A stretch of DNA of 64,000 nucleotides from an uncultured candidatus Porisulfidus sp. (GCA_965116025.1 OZ220480.1:1-64000); one strand, 5' to 3'; positions 44,468 through 57,652 are shown, counted from the stretch's first letter. Notes: generated by a model from the letters alone, not told the origin. Translations and numbers: made by a program.

Positions 44468-45097
44468 TTATTTCGAATAAAACTCAACGACCAGAGACTC
44501 GTTGATCTCCCGATACACCTCATCGCGCCCAGGGGGCTGCTTGAAGGTTCCCCGGAACTGGTCGAAATCGACCTCCACCCAGTCCGGGAGTCCCTGCTGC
44601 TTGACGATAGCGATGGCGTCACGGATCCGAACCTGCCCGCGCGTATTCTCACGCACCGCGACCACGTCGCCGGAAGCCACGGAGTAAGACGGGACGTTGA
44701 CCACCTTGCCGTTCACCTCGATCCCCTTGTGCGAGACGATCTGGCGGCATTCCGCGCGAGTCGCGCCAAACCCCATCCGATACACCACGTTGTCGAGCCT
44801 GCACTCCAGCAGGCGCAACAGGTTCTCGCCCGTCGATCCCTTGCCCCGCGAGGCTTTCTGGTAGTAATTTCGAAACTGCCGCTCGAGCACGCCATAAAGG
44901 CGGCGCAACTTCTGCTTCTCGCGCAATTGCAACCCGTAGTCGGAGACCCGCGGTCGCCGGCCGCCACGCCCTCCTTTGCTGCCCGGCGGAACGTCGATCT
45001 TGCATTTCTTAGCCAACTCGCGCGCTGGCGACTTGAGCTCCAGATTCGAGCCCTCGCGCCGCATGAGCTTGCATCGGGGTCCGAGATAGCGCGCCAC
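44468..45097 (-). CDS. rpsD: 30S ribosomal protein S4
   Basis: [25 protein letters not shown]. Confidence 0.97.
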   Translation of the reverse strand: MARYLGPRCKLMRREGSNLELKSPARELAKKCKIDVPPGSKGGRGGRRPRVSDYGLQLREKQKLRRLYGVLERQFRNYYQKASRGKGSTGENLLRLLECRLDNVVYRMGFGATRAECRQIVSHKGIEVNGKVVNVPSYSVASGDVVAVRENTRGQVRIRDAIAIVKQQGLPDWVEVDFDQFRGTFKQPPGRDEVYREINESLVVEFYSK

Positions 45098-45107
45098 GGG
45101 ACCGCCC

Positions 45108-45515
45108 TCAGACGCGGCGCCGCTTCGGCGGGCGGCAACCGTTGTGCGGAATCGGGGTGATATCCCGGATATTAGTGATCCGGAAGCCGTTGGCGTTCAG
45201 CCCCCGCATCGCCGACTCGCGGCCGGGTCCCGGCCCGCGCACTCGAACTTCCAGATTCCGGATCCCGAACTCCAGAGCTTCCTTGCCCGCCCGACTGGCC
45301 GCCACCTGGGCGGCGAATGGCGTGCTCTTGCGGGAACCCTTGAAGCCAGCCCCCCCAGAAGTCGCCCAACACAGCGTGTTGCCCTGCAAATCGGTGATGG
45401 TCACGATCGTGTTGTTGAAGGAGGCGCGAATATGCGCGATTCCGTCGGTCAGGGTCCGGCGGACCTTCTTACGGGAACGAGACGCGGCCTTGGGCCTGGA
45501 CTTGGGAGCGGCCAT
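45108..45515 (-). CDS. rpsK: 30S ribosomal protein S11
   Basis: [27 protein letters not shown]. Confidence 0.97.
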   Translation of the reverse strand: MAAPKSRPKAASRSRKKVRRTLTDGIAHIRASFNNTIVTITDLQGNTLCWATSGGAGFKGSRKSTPFAAQVAASRAGKEALEFGIRNLEVRVRGPGPGRESAMRGLNANGFRITNIRDITPIPHNGCRPPKRRRV

Positions 45516-45518
45516 AGG

Positions 45519-45875
45519 TTACTTCCGGATGGGACGGCGCGGTCCTTTTCGGGTGCGCGCATTGGTTCTGGTACGCTGGCCACGCAGCGGCAAACCACGC
45601 CGATGACGCACCCCCCGGTAGCAGCCCAAGTCCATCAAGCGCTTGATGTTCATAGCGGTCTCGCGGCGCAGGTCGCCCTCAATGGCGCGCTTGCCGACCG
45701 CCTCGCGCAACGCGCCGAGCTCGGCCTCGCTGAGAGCGCCAAGCTTCGCCGCCGGATTCACCGAGCAAGCCGCGCAAATCTCCCGGGCGCGAGAGCCGCC
45801 GATTCCGTAGACGGACTGCAACGCGATCACCGTGTGCTTGTGATCAGGCAGATTGACGCCAGCGATTCGTGCCAT
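45519..45875 (-). CDS. rpsM: 30S ribosomal protein S13
   Basis: [22 protein letters not shown]. Confidence 0.97.
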   Translation of the reverse strand: MARIAGVNLPDHKHTVIALQSVYGIGGSRAREICAACSVNPAAKLGALSEAELGALREAVGKRAIEGDLRRETAMNIKRLMDLGCYRGVRHRRGLPLRGQRTRTNARTRKGPRRPIRK

Positions 45876-45917
45876 GGTTTCTTGTATTCCTCGCGTAAAC
45901 GGATTATCTTACCTTAA

Positions 45918-46031
45918 TTAGCCCTGCCGCTGCTTGTGGCGCGGAATTTTGCAGATCACGCGCAGGACTCCGTTGCGCCGCACGATCTTGCAGTGGCGGC
46001 AGATTCGCTTGACCGAAGCCTGTACTTTCAT
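45918..46031 (-). CDS. rpmJ: 50S ribosomal protein L36
   Basis: Read manually: [37 protein letters not shown]. Confidence 0.96.
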   Translation of the reverse strand: MKVQASVKRICRHCKIVRRNGVLRVICKIPRHKQRQG

Positions 46032-46041
46032 GGGAACCTCC

Positions 46042-47352
46042 TCATCGCAAAAGGCCGCGAGAGCGCATGCCCTTCGCTTCGGCCTTCTTCAGCAATCCTT
46101 CGTATTGATGGGACATCAGGTGGGTCTGCAGCTGAGCGATGAAATCCATCACCACCACCACGATGATCAGGAGCGAGGTGCCCCCGAAATAAAACGGCAC
46201 GCTCAGCCCTAAGATAAGAAATTCTGGCAGCAAGCAAACGAACACGATGTACAGCGCGCCGACCGCGGTCAGACGGGTCATCACGGTGTCGATGTAGCGG
46301 GCCGTGCGCTCGCCCGGACGAATGCCCGGAATGAACGCGCCCGAGCGCTTCAGATTGTCCGCGGTGTCCTTGGAGTCGTACACCAGCGCGGTGTAGAAAA
46401 AGCAGAAGAACGCGATGGCGAGCGCGTAGAACAAGACGTACAGCGGCTGCCCCGGAGCCAGAGTGGACGAGATGTCGCGGAGCCACCCCATGCCCTCGGT
46501 CGAGCCGGCCCACTGCCCGAAGGTGGCCGGAAACAAAATGATGCTGGACGCGAAGATCGGGGGGATGACGCCCGCCATGTTGAGCTTGAACGGGAGGTGG
46601 GTGGACTGCATGGCCACGTGCCGTCCCTGCTGCTGCCGGGCGTAGTTGACCGTGATGCGGCGCTGCCCGCGCTCGACGAAAACCACGAACGCCGTGATGG
46701 CGAGCACGAGAGCGAACAGGAACACCACCAGCGCGGCCGACAGCTCGCCGGTGCTGGCCAGCTCCAGCGTGCCGCCGACCGCGGTCGGCAGGCCCGCGAC
46801 GATGCTGGTGAAGATGATCAGGGAAATGCCATTGCCGATGCCGCGCTCCGTGATCTGCTCGCCCAGCCACATCAAGAACATGGTTCCCGTGACCAGGGTG
46901 ATGACGGCGGTGATCACGAAGCCGTACCCGGCGTACAGCGCGATGCCCTGACTTTGCAGCGCCACCGACACGCCACCGGCCTGGAAGGTGGCCAGCGCCA
47001 AAGTGCCGTAGCGCGTGTACTGGGTGATCTGGCGCCGCCCCTGCTCCCCTTCCTTGCGCAGTTCCTTGAGGCTGGGAAGCACCGCGGTCATCAGCTGCAT
47101 GATGATCGCCGCCGAGATGTAGGGCATGATGCCGAGCGCGAGGATGCTGAGCCGCTCCAGCGCTCCTCCCGAGAACATGTTGAACAGATCGATGATGGTC
47201 CCGCTCTGCTGCTCGAAGAAGCGAGCCAAGGCGTTGGGATCCACGCCCGGCACCGGGATGTAGGTCCCGACGCGGTACACGACCAAGGCCCCGACCACGA
47301 ACAGCAAGCGCTGGCGAAGCTCGGCGAAAGGCGAGGCTTTGGGCGGCGGCAT
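46042..47352 (-). CDS. secY: Preprotein translocase SecY
   Basis: [35 protein letters not shown]. Confidence 0.98.
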   Translation of the reverse strand: MPPPKASPFAELRQRLLFVVGALVVYRVGTYIPVPGVDPNALARFFEQQSGTIIDLFNMFSGGALERLSILALGIMPYISAAIIMQLMTAVLPSLKELRKEGEQGRRQITQYTRYGTLALATFQAGGVSVALQSQGIALYAGYGFVITAVITLVTGTMFLMWLGEQITERGIGNGISLIIFTSIVAGLPTAVGGTLELASTGELSAALVVFLFALVLAITAFVVFVERGQRRITVNYARQQQGRHVAMQSTHLPFKLNMAGVIPPIFASSIILFPATFGQWAGSTEGMGWLRDISSTLAPGQPLYVLFYALAIAFFCFFYTALVYDSKDTADNLKRSGAFIPGIRPGERTARYIDTVMTRLTAVGALYIVFVCLLPEFLILGLSVPFYFGGTSLLIIVVVVMDFIAQLQTHLMSHQYEGLLKKAEAKGMRSRGLLR

Positions 47353-47356
47353 GGCC

Positions 47357-47788
47357 CTACTCCCGGATCTCCCCGCCGGCGGTCTTGATGGCCTTCCGCG
47401 CGCCGCTCGTCACGGCGACTCCCTCCACGACATAAGGCCGGCCCAGAACGCCGCGCAGCATGATTTTCGCGCGCGCCGCGCGCTTCGGGATCAGCCCGGC
47501 GCCACGCAGGGATTCCAAGGTGACGACCGGCTCCTCCAGCCGCGCCAGACGGTCGGTGCCAACCTCGGCGCTCGGTTCCCGGCGCGTGCGGAAGCCGGAT
47601 TTCGGCAGACGCCGCTGCAGAGGCATCTGCCCGCCCTCGAAACCCACCTTGTGATAGCCTCCAGAACGCGATTTCTGACCCTTGTGGCCGCGTCCCGCGG
47701 TCTTGCCGCGCCCGCTGCCGATCCCTCGTCCCACTCGCTTACGCGGACGACGGCTACCGGACGGGCGGCTCAGTTCGTTGAGGCGCAT
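47357..47788 (-). CDS. rplO: 50S ribosomal protein L15
   Basis: [18 protein letters not shown]. Confidence 0.97.
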   Translation of the reverse strand: MRLNELSRPSGSRRPRKRVGRGIGSGRGKTAGRGHKGQKSRSGGYHKVGFEGGQMPLQRRLPKSGFRTRREPSAEVGTDRLARLEEPVVTLESLRGAGLIPKRAARAKIMLRGVLGRPYVVEGVAVTSGARKAIKTAGGEIRE

Positions 47789-47970
47789 CAGTTCTCCTCC
47801 ACCTTCAGCAGGTACTCGACCTTGCGGATCATGCCGCGGTTCTGCGGCGTGTCCTCGACCTCGACGGTCTGACGCAGACGGCGCAGGCCCAGCCCGCGCG
47901 CGCAGGCCCGGTGCCGAGGCAAACGGCCGATCAGGCTCCGCACCAAGGTGACTCTCACGCTTTTCGCCAT
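47788..47970 (-). CDS. rpmD: 50S ribosomal protein L30
   Basis: [24 protein letters not shown]. Confidence 0.95.
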   Translation of the reverse strand: MAKSVRVTLVRSLIGRLPRHRACARGLGLRRLRQTVEVEDTPQNRGMIRKVEYLLKVEEN

Positions 47971-48485
47971 CGCATTCGCTCCTTCATCTCGGTTGCCGGC
48001 TTGCCCAGCTTCTCGGCCACTCGCTCCGGCGACTGGATGGACCGCAATCCCTGGAGCGTGGCGTGGACGGTGTTGATGGGATTGCGCGAGCCGATGCATT
48101 TGGCGAGCACGTCGCGCACGCCCAGCACCTCGAACACGGCGCGCATGGGTCCGCCGGCGATGATTCCCGTTCCTTCGGAAGCGGGCTGCATGTACACTCG
48201 CGCCGCGCCGTGCCGGCCGACGACCGGATAGTGCAGGGTTCCGTCGCGCAACGGCACCGCGACCATGGAGTGCCGCGCCTTCTCCATGCTCTTCTGGATG
48301 GCCAGCGGCACCTCGCGCGCCTTTCCATAGCCGACCCCGACGCGACCGGCGCGGTCGCCGACCACGGTCAGCGCGGTGAAGCCGAACTGCCGGCCTCCCT
48401 TCACGACCTTGGCCACGCGATTGACCGTGATCATCTTCTCGACCAGATCCTCGCTGCCCTGCAGGGTTTCCAGATTCGTCGCCAT
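47955..48485 (-). CDS. rpsE: 30S ribosomal protein S5
   Basis: [19 protein letters not shown]. Confidence 0.97.
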   Translation of the reverse strand: MATNLETLQGSEDLVEKMITVNRVAKVVKGGRQFGFTALTVVGDRAGRVGVGYGKAREVPLAIQKSMEKARHSMVAVPLRDGTLHYPVVGRHGAARVYMQPASEGTGIIAGGPMRAVFEVLGVRDVLAKCIGSRNPINTVHATLQGLRSIQSPERVAEKLGKPATEMKERMRWRKA

Positions 48486-48495
48486 TCTCGTCTCC

Positions 48496-48852
48496 TTAAA
48501 AATTCAGTCCGGCCTCGCGCGCGGCTTCCGCCAGCGCCCGCACGCGACCATGGTATCGGAATCGCCCACGATCGAACCAGATGTCTTTGACCTTCGCCTC
48601 GAGCGCGCGTTCCGCCACCACGCGCCCGACCCGCGCGGCCGCCGCGCGGTCTCCCGTGGCCTTGAGCTCCTCGCGCACGCCTGGACCCAGAGTAGACGCC
48701 TGAGCGACCACCCGCTTTCCATCCGGGCTGATCACTTGGGCGTACATGTGCCGCAACGTTCGGTGCACGGTCAGCCGATACCGCTCGGACTCCTCCAGCC
48801 GGGAGCGAACCCGGCGGACCCGACGGCGCGCGGTCCTGTCGATCCGGCTCAT
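48496..48852 (-). CDS. rplR: 50S ribosomal protein L18
   Basis: [20 protein letters not shown]. Confidence 0.95.
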   Translation of the reverse strand: MSRIDRTARRRVRRVRSRLEESERYRLTVHRTLRHMYAQVISPDGKRVVAQASTLGPGVREELKATGDRAAAARVGRVVAERALEAKVKDIWFDRGRFRYHGRVRALAEAAREAGLNF

Positions 48853-49373
48853 TTCTTCTTCGCCTCCTTGCGCAAGACCTGCTCGTCGCTGTACCGCACG
48901 CCCTTGCCCTTGTAGGGCTCCGGAGGGCGGTACGCGCGGATCTCCGCGGCCGCCTGTCCCACTTTCTGCTTGTCGATCCCGGACACCACCACCTCGGTCT
49001 GACTGGGCGCTCGCAGGGTCACCCCGTCAGGCGCGACATAAACGATCGGATGCGAGAATCCAAGACTCAGATTCAAGGTCTCGCCTTGCATCCGCGCCCG
49101 ATAGCCCACCCCGACCAATTCCAGCTTCTTCGAGTATTCTTCCTGAACTCCCTTGACATGGTTCCAGAGCAGGGAATTCATGGTGCCCGCCAGCGCGGAG
49201 GCCTGCGGCGGAGCCTCGACGCGCACCACGCGATTCTCCTCGCGAACGCGGACTGGCTCAGGCACACGCAACGTCAGCTCTCCCTTCGGACCCTTGATTC
49301 TCGCCCGCCGCCCGTCCAGAGAGAACTCGACCTGGTCCGGCAACGGGATGGGGCGACTCGCGATTCTCGACAT
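48849..49373 (-). CDS. rplF: 50S ribosomal protein L6
   Basis: GVGYRA, PEPYKGKGVRY. Confidence 0.97.
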   Translation of the reverse strand: MSRIASRPIPLPDQVEFSLDGRRARIKGPKGELTLRVPEPVRVREENRVVRVEAPPQASALAGTMNSLLWNHVKGVQEEYSKKLELVGVGYRARMQGETLNLSLGFSHPIVYVAPDGVTLRAPSQTEVVVSGIDKQKVGQAAAEIRAYRPPEPYKGKGVRYSDEQVLRKEAKKK

Positions 49374-49376
49374 CGG

Positions 49377-49772
49377 TCACTCCACGACGCAGAGAATCTC
49401 GCCGCCATGCCCGCCCTTGCGGGCCTCATGGTCGGCCATGACGCCGCGCGAGGTCGACACGATCGCGACGCCCAGACCGCCCCGGACCCAAGGCAGCTCG
49501 CGCGCGCCGCGGTAGACGCGCAACCCAGGTCGGCTCACCCGACGCAAACGGGCGATCACCGGTTGGCCCTCGTGGTACTTCAGGCGGATCCGAAGGCGGT
49601 CGCAGGGCTGAGCCTTCTCGACCTTGTAGCCAATCAGATAACCCTCGTCGCGCAGCACCTTGACGATCGCCTCGCGATGCCTCGAGTATTCCATTTCCAC
49701 GGTATCGTGCCGCGCCTGCTGGGCGTTGCGGACGCGCGTCAGCATATCGGCGACCGGATCTTGCATGCTCAT
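49377..49772 (-). CDS. rpsH: 30S ribosomal protein S8
   Basis: [21 protein letters not shown]. Confidence 0.97.
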   Translation of the reverse strand: MSMQDPVADMLTRVRNAQQARHDTVEMEYSRHREAIVKVLRDEGYLIGYKVEKAQPCDRLRIRLKYHEGQPVIARLRRVSRPGLRVYRGARELPWVRGGLGVAIVSTSRGVMADHEARKGGHGGEILCVVE

Positions 49773-49782
49773 GATTCTCTCC

Positions 49783-50088
49783 TCACCAGCTGGACTTGGT
49801 CAGTCCGGGGATATCCCCGCGCATGGCCGCCTCGCGCAGCTTGTTGCGGCCGAGCCCGAAACGCCGGTAATACCCGCGCGGGCGGCCGGTGATGCCGCAA
49901 CGATTGCGCAGGCGCATCGGCGACGAGTCGCGCGGCATCTTCTGGAGCGACTCCTGGGCCGCCACGCGCTGCTCCAGCGTGCTTTTCGGATCCTTGACGA
50001 TAGCGCGCAGCTCGGCGCGGCGCTTGGCGTAGCGACTCACCGCGCGCTGGCGCCGCAGGTCTCTTTGAATCATGCTGACTTTGGCCAT
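49783..50088 (-). CDS. rpsN: 30S ribosomal protein S14
   Basis: [19 protein letters not shown]. Confidence 0.97.
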   Translation of the reverse strand: MAKVSMIQRDLRRQRAVSRYAKRRAELRAIVKDPKSTLEQRVAAQESLQKMPRDSSPMRLRNRCGITGRPRGYYRRFGLGRNKLREAAMRGDIPGLTKSSW

Positions 50089-50091
50089 TCC

Positions 50092-50631
50092 TCAACTCCG
50101 TAGGGGAAACTTGAACGCGCGCAGAAGCGCCTCGGCCTGGGCATCGTCGCGAGCGTTGGTGGTGATGGTCACGTCCAGTCCCCGCATCTGATCGATGTTG
50201 TCGTAGTCGATCTCGGGGAAGACGATCTGCTCGGGAACGCCGAGGCTGTAATTGCCACGCCCGTCGAAAGAGCGCCGTGGCAGTCCGCGGAAATCGCGCA
50301 TCCGGGGAATCACGATATTGATCAGCCGGTCCAGAAACTCGTACATCAGAACCCGGCGCAAGGTCACCCGGCAACCGACCGGCCAGCCTTCCCGGATCGA
50401 GAATCCGGCCACCGATTTGCGCGCCCGGGTCACCACCGGCTTCTGGCTGGTAACGCGCCGCAGATCGTCCAGCGCGTTCTCAATAATTTTCTTGTCGCGC
50501 CCGCTCGCCCCCAGCCCCATGTTCAGAGTGATCTTCTCGAGCCGGGGCACGGCCATCGGACTACTCACGCTCAACTCTTCCCGCAAGCGGGGAAGGATCT
50601 CCTCTAGATACTGTCGCTTCAAACGAGCCAT
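50092..50631 (-). CDS. rplE: 50S ribosomal protein L5
   Basis: [23 protein letters not shown]. Confidence 0.97.
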   Translation of the reverse strand: MARLKRQYLEEILPRLREELSVSSPMAVPRLEKITLNMGLGASGRDKKIIENALDDLRRVTSQKPVVTRARKSVAGFSIREGWPVGCRVTLRRVLMYEFLDRLINIVIPRMRDFRGLPRRSFDGRGNYSLGVPEQIVFPEIDYDNIDQMRGLDVTITTNARDDAQAEALLRAFKFPLRS

Positions 50632-50638
50632 GATCGCC

Positions 50639-50956
50639 TCAGATGTCGATGACTTCGTTGTTGGACTTGAAGAAGCGCACTTTGCGGCCATCCTCCAAGG
50701 TGCGGAAACCGATTCGGTCCGGACGGTCGGTGGTCGGGTTGTAGATCTGCAGATTGGAGAGATCCAGCGGCGCCTCGCTCTCCAGGATTCCGCCTTTTCG
50801 CCCCGCCCGCGGGTCCGGCTTGACATGCTTCTTCACCATGTTCAGGCCCTCCACGAGCGCCCGGCCGTCGGGTAGCACGCGCGACACGGTGCCCTGCTGA
50901 CCTCGATCTTTGCCAGCCATGACCACGACCGTGTCGCCTTTTCGAATTCTGTTCAT
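50639..50956 (-). CDS. rplX: 50S ribosomal protein L24
   Basis: [19 protein letters not shown] motif. Confidence 0.96.
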   Translation of the reverse strand: MNRIRKGDTVVVMAGKDRGQQGTVSRVLPDGRALVEGLNMVKKHVKPDPRAGRKGGILESEAPLDLSNLQIYNPTTDRPDRIGFRTLEDGRKVRFFKSNNEVIDI

Positions 50957-50963
50957 GACCGCC

Positions 50964-51332
50964 TCACAGGACCTCCGGCGCCAGAGAGATGATCTTCATG
51001 AATTTCTCCGAGCGCAGCTCCCGGGTCACCGGTCCGAACACGCGCGTGCCGATCGGCTGCATCTGGTTATTGAGCAACACGGCGGCGTTGCGGTCGAAGC
51101 GGATCAACGAGCCGTCGGGGCGCCGGACGCCGCGCGCCGCGCGCACGACCACCGCGTTGAGCACGTCTCCCTTGCGCACCTTGCCGCGCGGGATCGCGTC
51201 CTTGACGCTGACCTTGATCACGTCGCCGATGCGCGCGTAGCGCCGGCGCGAACCGCCCAGCACCTTGATGCACTGCACCTTGCGCGCGCCGCTGTTGTCG
51301 GCCGCGTCCAGCATGGTCTCGACCTGGATCAC
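50964..51332 (-). CDS. rplN: 50S ribosomal protein L14
   Basis: [22 protein letters not shown]; GTG start. Confidence 0.97.
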   Translation of the reverse strand: MIQVETMLDAADNSGARKVQCIKVLGGSRRRYARIGDVIKVSVKDAIPRGKVRKGDVLNAVVVRAARGVRRPDGSLIRFDRNAAVLLNNQMQPIGTRVFGPVTRELRSEKFMKIISLAPEVL

Positions 51333-51589
51333 GAGCGCCCCTCCGCCGCGTCGAGGACCTCGACGAGCTCCCACGCCTTGCGCTTGGAACGCGGGCGGCA
51401 TTCGCGAATCCGCACGCGATCGCCCACGCGCGCCTGGTTGTCCTCGTCGTGCACCAGCAATCTGGTCGACCGGCGAATGTACTTACCGTATAAGGGATGG
51501 CGCAACTGGCGCGTCACCCGGACCGACGCGGTCTTGTCCATCCGGTCGCCGACCACCTGGCCGACCTCGGAACGAATTCTCTCGCTCAT
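51329..51589 (-). CDS. rpsQ: 30S ribosomal protein S17
   Basis: MDKT, HPLYGK, HDE, ECRPRSK. Confidence 0.96.
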   Translation of the reverse strand: MSERIRSEVGQVVGDRMDKTASVRVTRQLRHPLYGKYIRRSTRLLVHDEDNQARVGDRVRIRECRPRSKRKAWELVEVLDAAEGRS

Positions 51590-51786
51590 TTTCCAGCTCC
51601 CCGCCGACGTTCCGTCAGCAATGTCTTGACTCGGGCGATATCGCGGCGCGTTTCCCGGATGGCGTGATTCCGCGCCAGTTGCCCGGAGCGCAACTGCATC
51701 CGCATCTCGAATTCGGAGCGACGAAGGCGCGTCAGCTCCGCGCGCAGACTCGCGTCGTCCTTCGCGCGCAAGGTCGGCATATCCAT
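51586..51786 (-). CDS. rpmC: 50S ribosomal protein L29
   Basis: RRDIARVKT; position between rplP and rpsQ. Confidence 0.93.
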   Translation of the reverse strand: MDMPTLRAKDDASLRAELTRLRRSEFEMRMQLRSGQLARNHAIRETRRDIARVKTLLTERRRGAGK

Positions 51787-52199
51787 CAGGCGAGCGTCCG
51801 GCGCGCGAACGTGGTCTGGACCGGCAACTTGGCGTCGGCGCGGCGAAACGCCTCGCGCGCGAGGTCCTCCTGGACGCCCTCGATCTCGTAGAGCATACGC
51901 CCAGGCTGGATCTTCGCCACCCAATACTCGACGTTGCCCTTGCCCTTGCCCTGACGCGATTCCAGCGGTTTCTTGGTAACCGGCACGTCCGGAAACACGC
52001 GGATCCAAATCTTTCCGCCACGCCGAATGTGACGCGTCATGGCGCGCCGCGCGGCCTCGATCTGGCGCGCCGTCAGGCGCCCGCCGGTGATCGCCTTCAG
52101 GCCATACTCGCCAAAGCTGACCTTGTGCCCACGCTGCGACAGGCCCCGATTACGGCCTTTCTGCTGCTTGCGGTAGCGGGTGCGCTTGGGTTGCATCAT
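51786..52199 (-). CDS. rplP: 50S ribosomal protein L16
   Basis: [23 protein letters not shown]. Confidence 0.97.
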   Translation of the reverse strand: MMQPKRTRYRKQQKGRNRGLSQRGHKVSFGEYGLKAITGGRLTARQIEAARRAMTRHIRRGGKIWIRVFPDVPVTKKPLESRQGKGKGNVEYWVAKIQPGRMLYEIEGVQEDLAREAFRRADAKLPVQTTFARRTLA

Positions 52200-52223
52200 G
52201 GCGGCGTTCTCCGTCGACCTCCG

Positions 52224-52883
52224 CTATTTGCCGAGCGATCCGTCCAGACCGCCGACCTCGCCGTTGAATATCCAAGCCTTGACGCCGATGACGCCGTAGG
52301 TGGTGCGCGCCTCGGCGAAGCCGTAGTCGATATCCGCGCGCAGGGTGTGCAGCGGGACCCGTCCCTCCCGGCACCATTCGCTCCGCGCGATCTCCGCGCC
52401 ATTGAGACGCCCGGCCACGTTCAGCTTGATCCCCTGAACGCCCAGACGCATGGCGTTCTGCACCGCCCGCTTCATGGCGCGGCGGTACATGATGCGGCCC
52501 TCCAGTTGCTGGGCGACGCTCTCGGCCACCAGATGAGCGTCCACTTCCGGATTGTGGATCTCGTCGATGTTGACCTTGAGCGCGCCCAAGGCCAGCCCCA
52601 TCATGCGCGCCACCTCGCGGCGCAGAAGCTCGATATCGTTGCCCTTCTTGCCGATCACGATGCCTGGACGGGCGGTGTGAATCGTGATTTCCGCGGTGTC
52701 GTTGCGCCGCTCGATCCGGATGCGGCTGACTGAGGCCTGCGCCAGTCTCCGGCGCAGGAAGTCACGCACCAAAAGATCGTTATTGAGCTGATCGCGGTAC
52801 TCGTCCCGCTCCGCGTACCAGTTCGAGTTCCAGTCCGTGATGACGCCGAGGCGAAACCCGATCGGATTGACTTTCTGTCCCAT
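52224..52883 (-). CDS. rpsC: 30S ribosomal protein S3
   Basis: [27 protein letters not shown]. Confidence 0.97.
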   Translation of the reverse strand: MGQKVNPIGFRLGVITDWNSNWYAERDEYRDQLNNDLLVRDFLRRRLAQASVSRIRIERRNDTAEITIHTARPGIVIGKKGNDIELLRREVARMMGLALGALKVNIDEIHNPEVDAHLVAESVAQQLEGRIMYRRAMKRAVQNAMRLGVQGIKLNVAGRLNGAEIARSEWCREGRVPLHTLRADIDYGFAEARTTYGVIGVKAWIFNGEVGGLDGSLGK

Positions 52884-52889
52884 CGCTCT

Positions 52890-53237
52890 TTACTCCTTCG
52901 CCTCGCTCAACACGACCGTGATGTGGCTGGAGCGCTTGAGGATCTTGCCCGCCCGGCCCCGCGCCCGTGGACGGAAACGCTTAAGCGTCGGGCCCTCGTC
53001 GACCAAGACCTTGCGCACCCGCAACAGATCCATGTCCCCGCCATGATTATGCTCCGCGTTGGCCAACGCCGATTCCACGGTCTTGCGCAACAGCCGCGCC
53101 GCCTTGTGCGGAGAGAAGCGCAACACCTGCAACGCGTCCCCAACTGGCAGGCCACGCACCTGGTCGGCCACCAGCCGACACTTGCGCGGACTGATCCGCA
53201 GGTGGCGAGCGACGCACCGGGCTTCCTCGTCCATCAC
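52890..53237 (-). CDS. rplV: 50S ribosomal protein L22
   Basis: [25 protein letters not shown]. Confidence 0.96.
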   Translation of the reverse strand: MMDEEARCVARHLRISPRKCRLVADQVRGLPVGDALQVLRFSPHKAARLLRKTVESALANAEHNHGGDMDLLRVRKVLVDEGPTLKRFRPRARGRAGKILKRSSHITVVLSEAKE

Positions 53238-53509
53238 GACTTCGCCTTGCGATCGCCCGCATGTTGCCGGAAAGAGCGCGTCAGGGCGAATTCGCCGAGC
53301 TTGTGCCCCACCATGTTCTCGTTGATCAGCACCGGGATGTGCCGGCGTCCATCGTGCACGGCCAGCGTCAACCCGACCATTTCCGGCACGATCATGGAAC
53401 GCCGCGACCAGGTCTTGATCTGGCGGCGGTCATTGTTCTTGACGGCTTCCCGGACCTTCGCCATCAGGTGATGGTCGACGAACGGGCCTTTCTTCAATGA
53501 GCGTGGCAT
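53234..53509 (-). CDS. rpsS: 30S ribosomal protein S19
   Basis: [15 protein letters not shown]. Confidence 0.97.
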   Translation of the reverse strand: MPRSLKKGPFVDHHLMAKVREAVKNNDRRQIKTWSRRSMIVPEMVGLTLAVHDGRRHIPVLINENMVGHKLGEFALTRSFRQHAGDRKAKS

Positions 53510-53513
53510 GGCG

Positions 53514-54347
53514 TCACCTTTGCTTCTTGCGTCTGCGGCGGACGATCAGGTAGCCGGTCCGCTTGTTGTGGCGGGTCTTGTGCCCCTTGGTCGGCACCCC
53601 CCAAGGGGTGACCGGATGGCGTCCTCCAGAGGTCTTGCCCTCGCCCCCGCCGTGCGGATGATCGACCGGATTCATGGCCACGCCGCGCACCGTCGGGCGC
53701 ACCCCGCGCCAGCGCTTCGCGCCCGCCTTGCCCAGCTTCGCCAAGGAGTGCTCGGAGTTGCCCACCTCGCCGATCACCGCGCGGCATTCGCCCAGCACCC
53801 TGCGCACCTCGCCGGAGCGTAGCCGCAACGTGGCGTAGGCGCCCTCCCGGGCCAACAGTTGCGCGTACGCGCCCGCGCTGCGCGCCAAGCGCGCGCCGCC
53901 GCCAGGCCGAAGCTCCACGCAGTGCGCCACGATGCCCACCGGCATGTTCCGCAACGGCAGGCAGTTGCCCGGGGAGATCGGCGCCTTGTCGCCAGAGATC
54001 ACCTCCATCCCCGCCTTCAGCCCCTCGGCGGCGACGATGTAGCGCCGCTCCCCGTCCGCGTACAGCAACAAGGCGATGCGCGCGCTGCGATTCGGATCGT
54101 ACTCGATTCGTTCCACCCGGGCCGGAACGTCGTCCTTGTCTCGGCGGAAGTCGATGACCCGATAGCGTCGCTTGTGCCCGCCTCCGATGTGCCGGGTCGT
54201 GATGCGGCCTTGATTGTTTCGTCCCCCGGTTTTCGCCTGGCCTCGCACCAAAGCGCGATGCGGCTCCCCGCGATGCAAGTCGGGAGTGCGAACGCTAGCG
54301 CGAAACCGGCGGCCGGGAGAGGTTGGGCGAGACTTGACGATGGTCAT
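53514..54347 (-). CDS. rplB: 50S ribosomal protein L2
   Basis: [29 protein letters not shown]. Confidence 0.98.
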   Translation of the reverse strand: MTIVKSRPTSPGRRFRASVRTPDLHRGEPHRALVRGQAKTGGRNNQGRITTRHIGGGHKRRYRVIDFRRDKDDVPARVERIEYDPNRSARIALLLYADGERRYIVAAEGLKAGMEVISGDKAPISPGNCLPLRNMPVGIVAHCVELRPGGGARLARSAGAYAQLLAREGAYATLRLRSGEVRRVLGECRAVIGEVGNSEHSLAKLGKAGAKRWRGVRPTVRGVAMNPVDHPHGGGEGKTSGGRHPVTPWGVPTKGHKTRHNKRTGYLIVRRRRKKQR

Positions 54348-54775
54348 GCCCCGATCTCCGTGCTCTCGATGCTCTGTCCGGGCGCCAGCCGCACATAGGC
54401 CTTGCTCCAGTGATCGCGGCGACCCTGGCGCTTGCGCTTGCCGCGAACGTTCGCCATTCGCACCGCCTCGACCTCCACTTGGAACAGGCTCTCGACCGCG
54501 CGCTTGACCTCGATCCGGTTCGCGCTCCTCAGCACCTCGAAGACGTATTGCCCGCGCTCCGCAAGATCCACCGATTTCTCGGACATTCGCGCGCCCCGGA
54601 TCACTTGCGCCAAGCGCTCCTCATCGAATTTCTTGACGACGACCGGAACCGGCTTCTCCAAGCGAACATCCTTCTTGGGCTCGAGCTCGACCGCCTTCGG
54701 CTTCTTGATCGCCGGGGCCAGCGGCTTCTTCCGCTCGCGCCGGAAGAAATCCTTGAACTTCCCCCACACGCTCAT
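54344..54775 (-). CDS. rplW: 50S ribosomal protein L23 with N-terminal extension
   Basis: [28 protein letters not shown]; about 48 extra N-terminal residues. Confidence 0.92.
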   Translation of the reverse strand: MSVWGKFKDFFRRERKKPLAPAIKKPKAVELEPKKDVRLEKPVPVVVKKFDEERLAQVIRGARMSEKSVDLAERGQYVFEVLRSANRIEVKRAVESLFQVEVEAVRMANVRGKRKRQGRRDHWSKAYVRLAPGQSIESTEIGA

Positions 54776-55389
54776 GACGCCGTCCCTCCCAAGCGCCGCT
54801 CCAGCGGCGCCAGCGCCGAGCGGGTGACCACGACGCGCTCATAGCGCAACAGCGACACCGGATCCACCGCGCCGACCTCGCAAGCGTCCTGATTCGGCAG
54901 ATTGCGCATCGCGAGAAACACGTTCGGCTCCATGCGCTCGACCAGGACCAGCGCGCCGGTCAGTCCGAGCTTCTCGAGCTTCTCGCGCGCCAACCGGGTT
55001 TTCGGCTCCGGCAGATCGAACGACTCCACGACATGCAAACGCTCTTGGCGGAGCAGCTCGGAGAAGATCGAGCGCATCGCGCGCCGGTACATCTTCTTGT
55101 TCATCTTGGCGTCGTACGAACGGTCGTTCGGCGGATGCGCGATTCCGCCGCCGCGCCAGATCGGGGAGCGAACGCTCCCGGCCCGAGCCCGCCCAGTGCC
55201 TTTCTGCCGCCAAGGCTTGGCGCCGCCGCCTCGCACCGCGGCGCGATTCTTCCGCGCCACGGTGCCCGCGCGGCCACGCCGCGCGTAGGTCACCACCGCC
55301 TGATGAACCAGCGCCTCGTGAAACTCCACGGCAAAGCACTCGTCCGCTAGGGTCACGGCCGTCATGGCGTCGCGGGTCATCATCTCCAT
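54772..55389 (-). CDS. rplD: 50S ribosomal protein L4
   Basis: KPWRQKGTGRARAG, SPIWRGGG. Confidence 0.96.
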   Translation of the reverse strand: MEMMTRDAMTAVTLADECFAVEFHEALVHQAVVTYARRGRAGTVARKNRAAVRGGGAKPWRQKGTGRARAGSVRSPIWRGGGIAHPPNDRSYDAKMNKKMYRRAMRSIFSELLRQERLHVVESFDLPEPKTRLAREKLEKLGLTGALVLVERMEPNVFLAMRNLPNQDACEVGAVDPVSLLRYERVVVTRSALAPLERRLGGTAS

Positions 55390-55400
55390 CGCGTGGGTCC

Positions 55401-56030
55401 TCATCGCGCCGGGCGGACGACGACCCGCCCGCCGGCGGCGCCCGGAACGGCGCCTCGAATCCACAGCAGACGCTCCTCGCCGCTGACCTGGACCACCTCC
55501 AGGTTGCGCTGGGTCACGTTCTTGCCACCCATGCGTCCAGGCATCTTCTTGCCTTTGAACACGCGTCCCGGGAACTGGCACTGCCCGGTCGCGCCCATCA
55601 CCCGATGCGAGAGCGAGTTTCCGTGCGACCGGTCCTGGCCTCGGAAATTGTGGCGCTTGATCGTGCCGGCGAAGCCCTTTCCGATCGAGACGCCGCTGAC
55701 GTTGACTTTCTGCCCGACCTCGAACAGACCCGCGCCGACTTCCGCGCCCACCTCCGGGATATCCTCGTCCGCGTCGACGCGGAACTCCTTGAGGCCCCGC
55801 GCGGTCTCCAGCCCGGCGCTTCTGAGCTGTCCGGCCAGCGGCCGGCTCATTCGGCTCGCGCGGCGGGTTCCGTAGCTCGTCTGCACCGCGGAATAGCCGT
55901 CCGATTCTCTGGTCTTGACGCGAACCACCCGGTTGGAATCGACCGCCACCAGCGTCACTGGCACGGATTCGCCGCTGTCGCGGAAGATCCGCGTCATTCC
56001 AAGCTTGATCCCGATGACGCCGAGGCTCAT
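55401..56030 (-). CDS. rplC: 50S ribosomal protein L3
   Basis: KLGMTRIF, GKGFAG, PGRVFKGKKM. Confidence 0.97.
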   Translation of the reverse strand: MSLGVIGIKLGMTRIFRDSGESVPVTLVAVDSNRVVRVKTRESDGYSAVQTSYGTRRASRMSRPLAGQLRSAGLETARGLKEFRVDADEDIPEVGAEVGAGLFEVGQKVNVSGVSIGKGFAGTIKRHNFRGQDRSHGNSLSHRVMGATGQCQFPGRVFKGKKMPGRMGGKNVTQRNLEVVQVSGEERLLWIRGAVPGAAGGRVVVRPAR

Positions 56031-56040
56031 GACGCTTCTC

Positions 56041-56433
56041 TCACTTGAGCTGGACGTTGATGCCCGCGGGCAGATCCAGTTTCATCAGCGCGTCCACCGT
56101 CTTCTCGGACGGATTGATGATGTCGATCATGCGCTTGTGCGTGCGAATCTCGTATTGGTCCCGCGCGTCCTTGTCGACGTGCGGAGAGATCAGCACGGTG
56201 AACCGCTCCCGGCGAGTCGGCAACGGGATCGGGCCATGCACCTGGGCGCCGGTGCGCCGCGCCGTCTCGACGATCTCGCGCGCCGATTGGTCCACCAGGC
56301 GATGGTCGAAAGCTTTGAGGCGAAGTCGCAAGCTGCTGTAGCGGCCCTTGCCCTTCTTCGGGACGGCCGCGGCCGCCACGGAGACCTCGGTCTCCGGTTT
56401 CGCCGAACGGGCTTTTTTCTTAGGAGCGGCCAT
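56041..56433 (-). CDS. rpsJ: 30S ribosomal protein S10 with N-terminal extension
   Basis: [26 protein letters not shown]; about 28 extra residues. Confidence 0.95.
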   Translation of the reverse strand: MAAPKKKARSAKPETEVSVAAAAVPKKGKGRYSSLRLRLKAFDHRLVDQSAREIVETARRTGAQVHGPIPLPTRRERFTVLISPHVDKDARDQYEIRTHKRMIDIINPSEKTVDALMKLDLPAGINVQLK

Positions 56434-56461
56434 GATCGCGAGGCTCTATCGTCCGAAAGGC

Positions 56462-57652
<1,191 letters not shown>

